A DNA stretch of 64,000 bases from Vicugna vicugna (taxonomy: Eukaryota): contig MU061579.1 in NCBI GenBank assembly GCA_013265495.1, forward strand, positions 2,911,319-2,975,318. Direction: 5' to 3'. Below are positions 26,163 through 38,947 of this stretch, piece after piece (the first letter of the stretch is position 1; each line of letters starts with the position of its first letter). The notes under the pieces were generated by a model. That model ran no database searches and was not told the origin of the DNA. It saw only the letters and a program-made list of their open reading frames with translations. Made by a program: the position numbers and the translations under genes.

Positions 26163-26770
26163 ATTTTTTTTTATTTTGAGTTAACTTTAGACACAGAAAA
26201 GTTACAAAAATAGTACAGAAATATCTTCTATACATTTCTTCCCAAGCTCACCTACAATCAGCACCTTACATAACCCCAGTAAAATTATCAAGACCATAAA
26301 AATAATTTTAGTTCAATATAACTATAAACTACAGACCTTATTGAAATGTCATCAGTGTTTCCACTAAGGATTCTTTTTCTATTTAATGATCTTTTGCAGA
26401 ATTCCACATTGAATTTAGTTGATATGCCTTCTTGATCTTCTTCTATATGTAACAGTGAATCAGTCTTTGCTTGTCTTTAATAAACTTGATAGTTAAGAAA
26501 AGTGGTCAGATGTTTTGTTGAGTGTCCCTGACTTTGAGTTTTTCTGATACTTTCATGTGATTGGAATGAAATTATTTATTTTTTGTCCAGGATATTACAG
26601 AAATTATATAGCATTCTTCTCAGTGCTTCATATCAAGGGATTCATAATGTCATTCATTTTTATTACTTGTGATGTATACCTTTATCACTTGGGTAGAGTG
26701 GCATCGTCTGACTGCAAATTTATGTCTTGAAGAATATGTGGTAGGGAAGTAGTCTTCAAAAATTCGTATT
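26163..26770 (-). mobile_element. L1MC4/L1MC5-type 3' end
   Basis: ttttattttgagttaactttagacacagaaaagttacaaaaatagtacaga...ccacattgaatttagttg...ggtcagatgttttgttgagtgtccct; antisense counterpart of 21330-21770. Confidence 0.85.
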
Positions 26771-26999
26771 TGCAAAGTTCTCCTTCCCTGCCCCTTTGTT
26801 CTGTCTCCTCTCACTTTCATAGTGGGAATGAGGCAAGGAACAACATATGAAGTTATTCCAGTCATCTCCACCATAGAGTGATCCTTACCCATCTTCCACA
26901 CACTTTATGCCATATTCATTGTGAAACCAAAGTCATATTCAGAGTCTGAAGACAGAACGGTTCTGTTCGGGCTTGAAGGCATAGAAGAAACAAGAGTAC

Positions 27000-27165
27000 A
27001 TTAATGGTGCCCAAATTATTCTATGCATGAGAATCATTTGTGGAATTTTTGAATCCAGGATCCTGAGAATGTTGCGTGGATATCCAGATTTATTTTGTCT
27101 GGGTCCAGAGCTGAAAGCCACTCCCCATATGGAACTCTGACAGCTTGAGAGCAAATACCAGCCCT
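27000..27165. mobile_element. MER5-like DNA transposon remnant
   Basis: tggtgcccaaattattctatgcatgagaatcatttgtggaattttt...ccagatttattttgtctgggt. Confidence 0.5.
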
Positions 27166-28789
27166 GTATGGTGAATGAAAGAATAACAATGAGAGGCTTT
27201 TGGTTTCCTGGCTGAGACAAATTCTTCAAAAATAGTGTCAAAAGGTTGCATGTGGCTAAGGGAGTAAGATCTTTCTCTGTGAACCCTATTTATTTCCTTG
27301 ATTTGGGCAGTAATCATTTTTTTCCATTATTCTTAACAATGAACTTAATTGGTAACCTTCATAGGATTTGAATTTCATTTTATTGACCAAAGGGCAGCGT
27401 AAGTGATGAAGGGATGCTGTTAGTCAAGATACAAATCCTCTGGGGGGAAAAGAGAGCTTGATGAAAGCTTGATAAGTCATGTGTAATTTTTAAAGATGGC
27501 AAAAATAAATCCCTTGGTGAATGATAAGCTTTTGTATTCCAAACTTGAGTTGACTAAGTACAATAAGTAATGATCTGAAATCTCACTGTAGCAATACAGA
27601 ATCCTCTGAGCTAAAACATTAAGTGTGGCTTCTTCAAATCTGAGTCAGGAATTCTATTTGTCTAGATCATTATTGGGACTAACTGCTTAAAGAGAATCTG
27701 AAACAAGCTGATGGCAGGGAGAGGGAGAAGAGAGTTAACACTAAGGAAAGACTAATTTATGAGGCAAAATATTTAAAACTGAGATTCAGAGTTCAGTAAC
27801 ATATTTCTGAGAATTAGGATAGGATGCACATTTATTAAAATATGTGCTATGATTTTAGAGGAAATAATTTCATTTATTTTTTTCTCTTTTTCACACACAC
27901 ACATACAGATGCACAAATTCTTCTGTTAAATATTTCAAAATAAGGCAATTTTCCTTAATTCTTAGCAACTTTGGAATTGAATTAACCAACAAAAGCGAAA
28001 TAATTAGAATTCATTATTTTTATCTATAAACAGAATTGCAAAGTATTCATCATTTTATATTTCAATAATAAATGTCACAGATATCTTTATCAAGTGAAGG
28101 CTTGACGGATGTAAACAACAATACACAAAAGCAATCACAAGAATACTGTTGTTTTCCATACTGTACGCAGACTAGCACCGCATACAACTCAGATTTTCTT
28201 TGTGTGTCTGCCAGTTACTTTTAAATGTCTATTTCCTAAATTGTTATTACATTTCCAGGTTTCTTCCTTTCTCTTACACTAGGTAACCTCTTTTTTTAAT
28301 GTCTCTTTTAGCTTTGGTCCTTGGTATAGGACCACGTCCTTGGTATAGAATCAAATGTAAGTTTAAGATGTTACAAAATGACTTTTTCAGTGAAAACTGT
28401 TTTACTTAAAAGTATTACAATCTGTTAAATGCACCTGTCCTCTTCCTTTCCTGCATAACCCCACTCCCACTGCTCTAACTCTAGCGAAACCTCTCCCATA
28501 ATGCAAGAATGATCTTGCCAGCTCAAATGTGTTCTAGACCCACGAGGCTTCTAAACACCTTCGTGTTCGCTGTCCAATCACTGATAAATATTTTTTTCAT
28601 CTGTCCCAGCTTGTCTCTGAATTATTACAAGATTTTGGTGATTAGCCCAATTTAAACTTTTCTACTTCTATAATGAGCAATCCTGGAAGATTTAGTGGAG
28701 TGAATGCATCTTCTGTAGACTTTATCTTGACACTCGCTCTGGATTTTGAATTCTGACTTTGGCTCCCTCTGAATGGAAAAATCAGTAAA

Positions 28790-28990
28790 GTGGAGACAGG
28801 ATGTCTTGATTCTGACAAAATCTGTTCAAGTCTCAACATAATCACTTATTGCTGTGTGATGTGGTGCCAAAGACTTACTTCTCTGACAGCTCATTTTTGC
28901 AATGAAAAAATTTAATAATTGTTGAGGTAACACATATGAAAATGTAGCATAACACATCGGCCATAGTAAGTGCACAAATGTGTGTTTATT
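28790..28990 (+). mobile_element. MIR fragment
   Basis: cacttattgctgtgtgatgtggtgccaaagacttacttctctgacagctcatttttgcaatgaaa...catagtaagtgcacaaatg. Confidence 0.7.
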
Positions 28991-29559
28991 TAGCAGGTCA
29001 CTTCAGCTGCCCATTAAAGACCTAAACATGTAAACATGCTGGATATAGTGCTACATTGAAACACGGAGCAAAGCAACATATAAATGAATGCCCAACTATG
29101 GCAGCAAGGAAGCAGTGTCCCCAACCAGTTCAAAATTGTGTGCAAGCTTTGAAAGGCATTGCCGAGCTCTGGAAATGTGACAGCGAGCTGTGCAAACCCA
29201 GAGAAGCAGAAAGCCTTGCAAAAATTGAATGTAGGAAAAATTCTAAGAAAAACAATAAACTTCAAAATACAAAACAGCATTTTTGCATAACCAATGCTTT
29301 AGACATGTAAAAAATGTGAAGTATAATCTGTGAATTAGATCAACTTACTTCAAATAACTGAACTCGGTAGTATTATGAAATCCTACAACTGAAAACACAC
29401 CATCAAACAAGAAACCTGGAAACTGATCCATTATCACCAAAATCCTTATATTATCTACACTGGATTTACCACCTGTCTCTCTCCTCCAAGAAATGTATGT
29501 TTTGTGTTTATTTTCATTTTGCCTGTAATGTTATATGCCCTATATTTGTTTAAACTTCG

Positions 29560-29835
29560 ATCTGCTTAAGTGATTCAGTTTGCCCTTCCTCCTCATTTCT
29601 GTTGGGAGAAATCTCATTATCCTTTAGATTCCAACTCAAAGACCTCCTCCCACAACTGGAAATTTTCTCATAACATTCTGGGCAGAATAAATACATCTTT
29701 ATATATTTTTTCTTTCTAACTATCACGCAAAAATTATGATGGGCTTTTATGTAACCGCATGGTGGCAAGAACAATAATTTATGATGCAAGACAGAGTGGT
29801 TCTTAATGCATGTGTAAGAATAAGAATGAATGTTC
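29560..29835 (+). mobile_element. L2 3' fragment
   Basis: ctcattatcctttagattccaactcaaagacctcctcc...cttaatgcatgtgtaagaataagaatgaatg. Confidence 0.6.
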
Positions 29836-31558
29836 AAACTATGAAGATCGGATAACCTTCTGTTTCTGTAGATATCAACCAATGAACTAAACGTAGGAAA
29901 AGCAAAGAACAAGAAGGCAAGGCAAATTTTTTAAAAAGCACCTAAATTGTAAGTGTGACTGTGTGTGTGTGTGTAGATATGGATGTATGTGTGATAAGAA
30001 AGAGGAGGTGGAAAAATACAAAATAAGCACCACTGGTGATAAAAAATAAAAATACAGAGGCAATTACTTCACATTGAAAATAACGCCAAATTAAAATAAA
30101 TGTGTAACATTTTTTGCTTTAGTTTCTCAAGTGTGAAAAAATAACAATGCCCAACATTTATAAATCCACAGATTTATACTAACAGTTTATACATGGGGAT
30201 CAACTAAGTTAATGTTCTTTCAGTGATGAGTGTTATTAAGTATAGTATCCTAAAAGTCATATTATACATTTAATTTATATAGGAGATTTTAGAAAAGTTC
30301 ATTCAGGCAGCAATTTCCTTATATTTGGTTCACTTTATTTAGTGAGCCAGTGTGTCATAAAAATAGATTATGTTTTGGTCGTACTACGTTATAATTTATA
30401 GAGAGAAAAACCCAGTGAATCGTATATATTTCAAATGATATAAACACCAAAAGGTTTGCATATGCAAGAACAAAAATCAATGCTGTCTTCAGTTTTTAAA
30501 GATTTCAGAGGAAAATACTATAGTTAAACTTCCTGAAGCATTTTTTTTCCATTATCTACTTTCTGTGGCTCTAAAATATGTTGTAAACCTATGTGTATAT
30601 CTATGAAACTTGAAATTGCTTTATACAAGGAAAAAACTTACATTACAGTTTTTCTGGAATGTTATTTAGTAAGTTAAATTGTGATTAATCATATTAATAT
30701 ATCAAGATATGATTTGTAATTAGGAGCAGATCATTTAATCATGTCGAAGAAGTAGGATATACTTTTTCCCACTGTACATGTGAAAGGGATGAAAATTAGG
30801 TAGAAGAGCACTCAACCCGGAATTGAAGGTAAGAGGTAAACCAAGCAAACATTGACAAGGCTTACCGCATATAAAATAAGCAGCATGTATGCTACTTAGG
30901 CTGATAATTCAACACTCATTATATTAAGAGCTCATGTAAACTTTAATAAATACATTAAATTCTATGAGAATGAATTGATAGGTCAAAGAGAAAACTGTAC
31001 AGACAATGCCTGAAATAAAATGACGGTCATTTTTATAATATCATATCATATAAATGTATAAGATATGAAATTTTAATTATGTAAGTCAGAATTTGATTAC
31101 ATTTGATTGCTTCTTATGCTTTGTCATTTAATTTTCCTTCATCGTGAGTCTGTATTGTTATGTATATTTTATAATTAAAATATCCAATGTAAACTTGAGG
31201 ATATTGTACAAAAGTTATTCCTAACTTTTTTGATGTAATGTATTCATTTAATAACATACATGGAGGAGAAAACTATATATTTTACAGGTTATAGCCCAAT
31301 TCTGGAAGAACAGAGATGTAACTTCAAGCCACAGTCATTTTGTATATAAATTATTACTATTTTTACCAAACTTTAAATTATGAATCATAGTGCTGAATTT
31401 TATCATAGGTCCCAAACATAGAAATTATATTAGGACTACAGTATGTTTAGTTAAGTTTGGGTTTTGCTATTAGGTTAATATTCTGGCAACTTGCTAGTCT
31501 GGGGTCATTATTTTTGGTTGGCAATCAATCGAACATGTTCATGCACCTGAAATTGCTT

Positions 31559-31685
31559 AAAACGATGTGAAAACGAATATATGTATGTTGATGTATGACT
31601 GAAGGATTGTGCTGTACACCAGAAATTGAACAACATTGTAAACTGATTATACTTCAATAAATATATATATATAATATACAAAAAA
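31559..31685 (+). mobile_element. Young camelid-type L1 3' terminal fragment
   Basis: gaaaacgaatatatgtatgttgatgtatgactgaaggattgtgctgtacaccagaaattgaacaacattgtaaactgattatacttcAATAAA plus A/T tail. Confidence 0.88.
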
Positions 31686-33899
31686 GGGTATCTTTCAAGC
31701 GTATAGGATTTAAGAGAGCATCGTGTTAGTTTCCCTTCCCCATGAACTCCTTGAAGGTATGAGATGAATATCATTTATAGTCTTCTCAAAGGTCAAAAGG
31801 ACAAATGCTATAATAGTGACATAGGTATAGTGACAGTGATGTCATCATTCTAACTCGTATCATTGAATTACAAATGCTAGGGAGAATGATGCACAGAAAA
31901 TCATCCTGACACATGTATTAATTCTTTCTTGTGTCCTTAATAGACTTACTTAACCTATGCATTTCTGTGCTGTTAAAAAGTGTTTTATGAAGTTGTAAAT
32001 ATGTTTTAGCTAGTAGGAGCAAAATGACATCTACCTGTAAATCATATTGACACAAACCTGAAATGTGCAGAATTTTCATGAAGCCTCTGGGATCCCAGGT
32101 CCACAGAACAGCCTACGATGTGAGCACTGGGATTACATGGGTATATATATTGGATATCTGGTCTGCGTAAAATTTTTTTCAGGAGCGTCAAAGGTCATAA
32201 ATTGCCTACTCAATAGAATTAATCTGATGAGAGAAGTGGACATTTAGACATCTAATACAAAAAGGAGATAAATGTGAAGATGAGACAGAAGACTATTGAC
32301 TTTGATATAAATATAACAGTGGCAAGTCTTAAGCTTCCAAATTAAAAAATTAGTTGTTTACAATTTTGAGGTAACACTAAATCACAGCCTGGCATTTCAA
32401 TAAAATTGGAGACTATTGAGTAGGCTGGATGTTACTGCTGTCTGGGCAGGAAAACTGGATAGAACGTGGCTTCCCAATATTTTACCCTTAAAATTATTTT
32501 TTCAAAGCCTTTCAAATGATAAAAATATACCCACAATATTTTAAAATAATCAATATTAGTTAAGCAGGAACTGACTTAAAGGTATTGATATTTCCAAAGT
32601 TTGCACAAAAATTTTAGCTAACTTCTCCTATACTAAAAATACTTTGAAAACAATCTTTTTCACATGTAAGTTCAAAAATCAATTCCAAATAACCATGTAA
32701 ATATGTGTGCAAAGGCAATCACACAACATACACACCACACACAACCTAAAATGCCTTCCTGAATTTGTGAGTGCCTACTGTCTTATATACAAAGAAATCC
32801 AACTACTTGTTAAAAATAATTAAAATACAACCCAAGAGTGTTGTCTGCTCAAAAACCTATGATATAAAATGTCATATGTCTCCAAAATATTTTGAGTAAG
32901 AAAATTATGCTAATTTACAAAATAGCATCCATAAACTCAACCCAAATTCAAAAGACAAGAGGTACAAACAGAGACTAAATACCTCTTCATTTCAGAGACA
33001 TTTTCTGTCTTAACAGAATTCCCTTCAGCAAAATATTCAGAAAATGTAAACATATGATGAAAATCATATTTGTTAACTGTTGACTGTAAATTTAATTACT
33101 GATCAACTCTTAGCAGTGAAAGTTTTCAATGAAATTATTCGTGATTTTAATGATTCTACATATTACAGTGAATTTTCTTTTGTTCATTTGTGAAAGAATA
33201 AAATGTACTATCTCATGATTTCTGAAAATCCATTTTACTTTCTTTTGTTCTGTATTTCATCTTTATTTTGCTCCTATCAAACTGGTTAAGAAATTTAGTC
33301 CATTTTCTTGTTATTTTTCCCCCAAAGTCAGCTACTGTCAAATATTGTATTAGTTTCCTTGTGAGGACTCTGATTCAGCTGGGAAAGGTATGATGTTTTT
33401 AGTGCTATTTCTCAAATGATAATTTATTTGTTTTTAATAACCATGACTCTGATGTTAGTTTGTAGGAAATTAATTGACACAGGTGTGTAGAAAGGAGAGG
33501 CTGAGATCAGATACACAAATTTTGAAATAAGCCAGCAGATTACTCATACTTATAAAGTTTTACTTTTACACAGTTCTTCTGTAGGTGGTACTACTAAACA
33601 CAGTCTTCTCTGATGTCCTGTGAAGGACCAAGTGGGCTTTTTTTGTACCATATGGCTTCCCTATCACACCTGGCTAGACTGTAGGGAGCACTAATACTAG
33701 TGAAGCTGGTTTTATTTACAGTTTAGGAAAAATAAAGAGAGATGCTAAAAAAAATGACAAAAAAGTGACATCATATGGACTACAGAAGAGCTAGAAAGAA
33801 ATGGAGAAGTGAAATTACTTTTGGTCCCATCCTGGTACCTTCCCAGTCCTTGATTTTGAATTCTTAGAGTCCAAAACACATTTATATCCTGTGATATAG

Positions 33900-34110
33900 T
33901 GTTATTAACATTTATTGGGCACTAACTATAATCCAGATATGTCCTAGAACCAATTATATAAGCACTTCCGATTTCACACAGGAGGAAACGGAAGCTAAAA
34001 AGTATAGACATTGTGACAAATTTTCTAGAGCAAATAAATAAGAACCAGGATTCAGAGAATTTTCCTCCGGTGCCCATACTTAGAATTATTGCCCTATTCT
34101 GCCTCTAAAT
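33900..34110 (-). mobile_element. MIR fragment
   Basis: taacatttattgggcactaactataatccaga...gatttcacacaggaggaaacggaagct...agaaccaggattca. Confidence 0.75.
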
Positions 34111-35089
34111 TTCACAAAATCAATGTTTCTCTCTTATTGAACTAGCTGTGTGTTACCTTGAAATCAAATAGTTTTCATTAAAACACTTTAGAAAAATTGT
34201 TAGAAGAATGAGAAAAGAAGTGAATAAGGATGCAACCCTGGGTAAGCTCAATTTTCTAGTTGTGGATGGCAGAGATTTCCTGAAATGAGGAGAAGTGAAA
34301 GTTGTCTGACTTACGACGCAAAGGAGGAGATGAGGAGATCACAGTCACATTCGGTGCCGCCATTAATCAGTGAGATGATGTTCCCCACCATTCTTTCAGA
34401 CTATCTATTTGGCTTTGATTTGGAACTGTATAAGAAAGAATGAAAAGATGAAACTAATATTTCCTACATTATCAATGGTTTGGGCTATGTGGAGGGTCAT
34501 CTCTATTTTACTGAAAGCACAGAATATGTGAAAACAGGGCAGACGTGCAGCCATTATCAATAGTGCTTCTGCCACAAGTTCCAGCTCAGCACAATTATAG
34601 TACTAATTCTGATCATATTTTAATTATGAATTTACATCTATATCTTTTCCTTCCTCCTTCTTGTCATCTTTAGAATGTTCCTTCCTAGTGTTGTCACCCT
34701 CTGTACTCTCTCTGAATCAGGTCGAATGAAAAAAGATTCCATTCATTTTTTTGAGTTTCCTAGTCATGAAACTATCTGAAAGGTTATCAGTTTTTCCCAA
34801 CTCCCTAACTTTTAACTGACATGCTTAATCAACAATGCTGACTGCTATGTGAATGACAGTTTCAAATTCTCCAAAGGAAAGACATCTCTCCATTCAATGC
34901 ATCCCCATGTAGCCCATGCTAACAGAGCTAATCTTGCCTATCAGTGAATTCTTTAGGTTACTAAGCTCATAATTAAAAAGTCTTCACTAATGACATGGTA
35001 ATTGTTTTAATGGATTTCCAATGAAGTGTGAAGTTCCCTGCTGATATGTCAACAAAATATGAAGCATTGTGAGAAAATGATGTAAAGCC

Positions 35090-35260
35090 TCATAGAATTT
35101 AGAGTTAGAGAAGACCTTCAAATTATCCAGGGTAACCTTCTCATATTAAAAAAGAGGAAACAAGCCCCAGAGAAGTGAAGTGTATCGCTGAAGGTTATTA
35201 CTCTGAGTGGAAACTATAGATGTTCTAACTTTTGGTACAATGATTTATTTCCATCTCACT
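35090..35260 (-). mobile_element. MIR3/MIRc-type fragment
   Basis: catagaatttagagttagagaagaccttcaaattatccag...gaggaaacaagccccagagaagtgaagt. Confidence 0.8.
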
Positions 35261-36169
35261 GCTTATTAGTTTTGCCCTGCTTTTTATTTATATAGCTCAT
35301 GTGTCAAAAAGCACTTTCTTTTGTGCTTTTTATTTTATCAATGGAAATAGTGGTGTATTTTATGAATTACAGTATACAAGTAAAAACAATTTTTTTACAT
35401 TAGTTTTATAGGAGAGTTGCAAAAGTGACTTCGGTGGTAAAAATCTACCGAGCTGAGAATTTCCTGGTTGGATGCCTCCATAATAAAGGTCTTGAGAAGT
35501 CAATGAAAGGAGAGAGTTCTGAGGCAATCATGAATCATGGTGTAGCCTCATAATCAAAGGTCTGGTATATGAAGTGACTTAACTTTGTTTATATTTGTAT
35601 AACATTAAAATGTTTAAAACTATTTCCAGTTATTTTAGTCTTATAACTGTGAAAGGAGATAGAATACATATGAGAGCTTTTCAAAACAGAAAACTGAGAA
35701 AAGAGATAAGCAACCTACGAAAAATCAAAACCTGAATTCCTCATTCTAAGGGCAAGCCATGCAAAATAACATGGGTTGCAGGCATTTAGCAAAACCCATT
35801 TAAGACCTAGTTTCAAAGCATAATCCTTAGAGGAGACATATGAGAGAATTTCTTCACTGAAAAAATCGTATTACATTTCTTAGAAATCTAAGCAAAGACA
35901 ATGAGAGTTTTATTTTGCTTTGTCTTAAGTTGCCAAAGAATATGTCCCCATTATTGATTCAGAAATGTTCCCAAAACATCGAATAGTTTGAGTAGTCCTT
36001 ATAAGCCTTTTGAAGTTTCAAAAGTATACATTCAAGTTAACAGTCATATACTCATCTCCTTTTGAAGTAGGTTAAAACATATATTCTCAAGGAATTTAAA
36101 GTTATGTGTCAATTTCCCAGAATATTTAACGGGAAATTATTACCAACTCAAGGAACTATCAGCCCTAGA

Positions 36170-36350
36170 GAATTAAAATTGATAAGCATGTTAGCTCTCT
36201 TAACCTGGTCTGAGTTTCATTTTACACAGGCATAATATTCTTCTTACCTATCTTCATTTAAGAAGCATTCTAAGAAGGATAATTATCATTAAAAAAAATA
36301 GTTTTTGCCAAGCAAGTCACCATTTAAATGCAAAGCACTCTTATTATCAC
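36170..36350 (+). mobile_element. MIR fragment
   Basis: cttaacctggtctgagtttcattttacacaggcataatattcttcttacctatcttc...aaatgcaaagcac. Confidence 0.55.
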
Positions 36351-37268
36351 TGTGTCGGCACCCTAGCTCATGTATAGAGTAAGCAATGTACTGCTTCCTC
36401 ACTTATGTCTAGCTTTCAATGGTGTCTCATGCTGTTAAGCTAACTGTTAGACTGTTTCATTTTCCCACTTGATGAGGGAAAGTGATGTTAATTTTAATTG
36501 GATTGCTGTATTTCATTACTTTGTTAATTTCTCTCTTTATATTTCTTTTCTGATGGATTTCATCAGAAATTAGCTCCAAAATAGAGCTTATAGTGGAAAT
36601 TCATCTATAATTTGACAAAATGTAATATTCACTTATAAGCTTTAAGGATCTGTTGAAGTCCTTGAATGAAAGGAAAGAATTGCATCATGTTTGATTGCAT
36701 TATGCAACCTCATAGATTAGATTTTCTCCTAAAATCAAAACTCTGGTGCCCTTCTTTTCTCCACTATGTCCCTGCTTCCCTCCAGTACTGATGGCTAGCC
36801 CCCAAACAACCAGAAGCATCATGCCACATTCTGGCTAGCTCTCTGTGCTTGACCGTATTTTCGTTTATGTTTCTTTAATTCTTTCTCTCTCTTGGAATTA
36901 CAAGTTTTAACAAGTGAGCCTATTAAACATGGATGAGGAAATAAAGACACCCCCCAGAGCTTGTTAGATTTATAAAACAAATATGATGATGTGAAATACA
37001 ATGCAAATGTTAAATAACCATGTAATATGGGTGTGTTGTATTGCCATGTGTTGTCACTCAAATTCCTGGGGTGGGGGTAGGACTTCATCTTCTATGACAC
37101 TGTAGCTCTCAAAGAGGGGCATATGGTCTGTGACATTATGAATGTACCTTATACACAGAGAGCTGAAATGGGGCTCAGCCATTGTGCTGGGTTTGGGTCC
37201 TTTTGCTGGATGATCCATAGATGTGTGCAGACAGCAGTTAACAGTGGCCCCGTCTGCCCCTCTCCCAA

Positions 37269-37299
<31 letters not shown>

Positions 37300-37338
37300 T
37301 ATACACACACATACACACACACACATACACACACACAC
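37269..37338. repeat. (CA)n with TA interruptions
   Basis: Directly visible; explains the VCVC/THTH ORFs at 37054-37359. Confidence 0.95.
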
Positions 37339-37759
37339 AAGACTCAGCATGACTTCTGATGTTCATTTGTAGAGCAATAGACTCCTTCTAGGTTTTGTGC
37401 CAGTGTAGGCAGAGCCACCCAGATCTGCTGACAGAAGATCAGGGTGTGCTGGACTGTGATAAATCTGCTCCTTTCTTTTGGGGCTCTGAAGGTCTTTGGA
37501 AGCCTAGGACTGAGTCTCCTAGAATAAGAAAACCTCTTTGAAAATATACAAAGAATAAATCTCATAATACACTATGGTTTTTCATAAATTTTCACTGTTT
37601 TCCATAAACTTCCTTAAAAATAATAAAAAATTTATAATTCTCAAATGTCTTCTCCTAAAGCTTTTCCTCTGATCAGAAACTCCAGCATGTCCACTGACGA
37701 CCAGAAAGATAAGAAAGTGATGGTGTTATATCATTAAAAATAATTACAATGTAACTGCA

Positions 37760-37878
37760 AAATATATAAAATGTATTATTAAAATATATAAATATATAAA
37801 ATTATTAAAATATATAAAATATATGTTATATATATTATATATAAGTATATATATATATAAATACAAATATGCAAAATA
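37760..37878. repeat. AT-rich low-complexity tract
   Basis: aaaatatataaatatataaaattattaaaatatata... Confidence 0.9.
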
Positions 37879-37879
37879 T

Positions 37880-38297
37880 GTGAAAAATATAATTGCCAAA
37901 ATTCTCTGTGGTTGATTCCTGGAACCTCTTTCTGTGTCCCTGGACTCTGAATTGACTCTGTGTTCAGCCTTGCCAATAGCAATGTGGCAGAATTACTGTT
38001 GCAACAGATCTAAAGCCAAGCCTTGAGAGGTGTGGCGCACCTCTGCTCTCACTCTTGGCTCTCTGGGAAGATAGCCCTGTGAAGACAGACCAGCCAGTTG
38101 GAGGGTCAGGGGTCCAGCTGGCCACTGATCAGCAGTTCACTGCAGCTTCATCAGTGAGCCCAACCTGCATGAGTCAATCCCTCTTGGTTCATCAGAACAC
38201 CCAGCTGAGCCCAGTCCCATTTTCCAAGCACAGAATAACAAACTAAAGTATAATTGTTATTTTATGAGCTGATGTACAGAAAAATGTAATGGATATA
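37880..38297 (+). mobile_element. ERVL-MaLR MLT1G/H-type LTR
   Basis: ttgccaatagcaatgtggcagaa...aagccaagccttgagagg...cagaacacccagctgagcccagtccc...taattgttatttt. Confidence 0.8.
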
Positions 38298-38339
38298 ATG
38301 AATAAGCCCAACATTTGTGAAGCAGGTATGATATAAATA

Positions 38340-38682
38340 CTACTCACAAAAGAGAAATAAACTCACAGACATAGAAAACAAACTTGTGGTTATCAAAGGG
38401 GAAAAGGAGGGAGTGGTGGAGGGATACATTGGAAGTTCAAGATTTGCAGATACTAACTGCTATATACAAAAACATAAACAGCAAGGTCCTACTGTGTAAC
38501 ACAGGGAACTGTATTGAATACCTTCAATACCTTTTCAATAGCCTATAATGAAAAAGAATATGAAAAGAAGAAGATATATATATATATATATAGATAGATA
38601 TATAGATTATATATCTATATATATTCACTATGCTGTGTACCAGAAATTAACACATTATAAACTAAGTATACTTCAAAAAAAA
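38340..38682 (+). mobile_element. Artiodactyl/camelid L1 3' UTR fragment
   Basis: aactcacagacatagaaaacaaacttgtggttatcaaagggg...aaggtcctactgtgtaacacagggaact...cactatgctgtgtaccagaaattaacacatt...tatacttc-poly(A); loose TSD gatataaatact / gatcataaaatact. Confidence 0.92.
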
Positions 38683-38782
38683 GATCATAAAATACTTAGG
38701 CCTCTCAAGGATTTCTAATATAAGCAATACACAAGGTGAAAATTTTCCTTTCACCATGCTAAAATATATAAAAATAAGTGAT

Positions 38783-38947
38783 GGGGTGGGGATTGTATAG
38801 CTCAGTGGTAGAGTGCATACCTAGCATGCACAAGTTCCTGGGTTCAAGCCACAATACTTCCATTAAATAAAGAGAGAATAAACCTAATTATCTCTCCCCA
38901 GAAAAGGTTAATTAAAATAATGAAAAATAAATACAATTTATAAAAAG
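38783..38947 (+). mobile_element. tRNA-Ala-derived SINE (vic-1 type)
   Basis: gtatagctcagtggtagagtgcatacctagcatgcacaagttcctgggttcaa...aataaacctaattatctctcccc; TSD taagtgatggg (38775-38785 / 38950-38960). Confidence 0.93.

Noticed and set aside
14840..26770. Inverted L1MC4/5 copies forming long dsRNA
   Set aside because: The copies are independently and heavily diverged and kilobases apart; stable pairing is unlikely.
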